Shown here: positions 63,397 to 64,000 of the stretch, piece after piece
Position numbering within the stretch: position 1 is the stretch's first letter
Layout of the letters: every line of letters begins with the position of its first letter
NCBI GenBank assembly: GCA_038321985.1
Contig: JBBQFN010000027.1
Span: forward strand, 9,325 to 73,324
From: Cyanophyceae cyanobacterium
GTDB taxonomy: Bacteria > Cyanobacteriota > Cyanobacteriia > Cyanobacteriales > Laspinemataceae
Length of the DNA: 64,000 nt
Direction: 5' to 3'
Notes under the pieces: generated by a model
Told to the model about the DNA's origin: nothing
Databases searched by the model: none
Seen by the model: the letters and a program-made list of their open reading frames with translations, nothing else
Made by a program: the position numbers and the translations under genes

Positions 63397-63863
63397 GGGG
63401 AGGGTTGGGCGACAATTCCTTCACTGACTACTGGGAGGGTTTTGGCGGTTGGGCTGTCATGGGACAGTGAAGTAGGTTCATTGCTGTAGCGTGTGGAGGA
63501 GTGGCGATCGAGTACAGTAAATAAGAAAGGCACTGGAGGAAGGCATGATTATCGTGACTGAAAAACAAGCTAGGGCAATGGCGTTGCAGATAGGGATATT
63601 TTTATGAGTTTAGAGAAACCAGGTCCTAGACGAGAGAGGGATACTCAAATCTGGGGTGCGATCGCCGGGGAGATAAAATAACAAAACGCATCAATGCCAA
63701 AGCTGGCATTCAAACTAAACCCGCTCAGATTTTAAGCTATTCTCGCCCAAGAGCAACCTGGGCGTTGAAACTCGGCAATAATATCGATGCGCGGAACTGG
63801 GCGTTATGTTACAAAGCCTTAAGGAAGGCATACAGTAAGGGGAGCAAAGGGAACCCGTAAGCA

Positions 63864-64000
63864 ATGCATAAGATCCTGTTGGTAGAAGATAATGAGATGA
63901 ATCGGGATATGCTATTGCGTCGTCTGAAGCGTCGGGGCTATGAGGTCATCGTAGCCGTCGATGGCGGACAAGGCGTCACAATGGCTCATGCCGAAACACC
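63864..64000 (+). CDS. Response regulator receiver (DivK-like), 5' part only
   Basis: MHKILLVEDNEMNRDMLLRRLKRRGYEV...; runs off the window. Confidence 0.9.
   Translation, partial: MHKILLVEDNEMNRDMLLRRLKRRGYEVIVAVDGGQGVTMAHAET

Overview
Chromosomal window from a filamentous cyanobacterium (very frequent HIP1 GCGATCGC, petL, a PEP-CTERM gene, Oscillatoriales-type short repeats). The housekeeping and signalling genes are rpsD, moaA, katE, pheS, surE, aroB, petL, an osmoprotectant ABC transporter, two GGDEF-EAL proteins, a Ser/Thr kinase and a GH65/beta-PGM fusion. Two accessory loci stand out. (1) A type I restriction-modification operon (29.7-37.7 kb) has ParD/ParE, Fic and an Abi_C-like gene inserted between the hsd genes. 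(2) A translational-stress locus (46.4-54.2 kb) holds a minus-strand array of 24 tRNA genes plus one remnant, with GNAT and small HNH genes at its 3' end. Upstream lie a TrcR-like repressor and a divergent leader-HNH-alr0857-like unit, and both promoters carry the same ATACTACA-N3-ATAYTACA operator. The most novel signal is the ~370-nt leader before the HNH gene. It has long-range helices, a 90-codon ORF ending in rare Arg codons, a strong intrinsic terminator and a competing antiterminator, which together suggest a ribosome-stalling attenuator or structured ncRNA. All calls were made by eye; no searches or folding programs were run.
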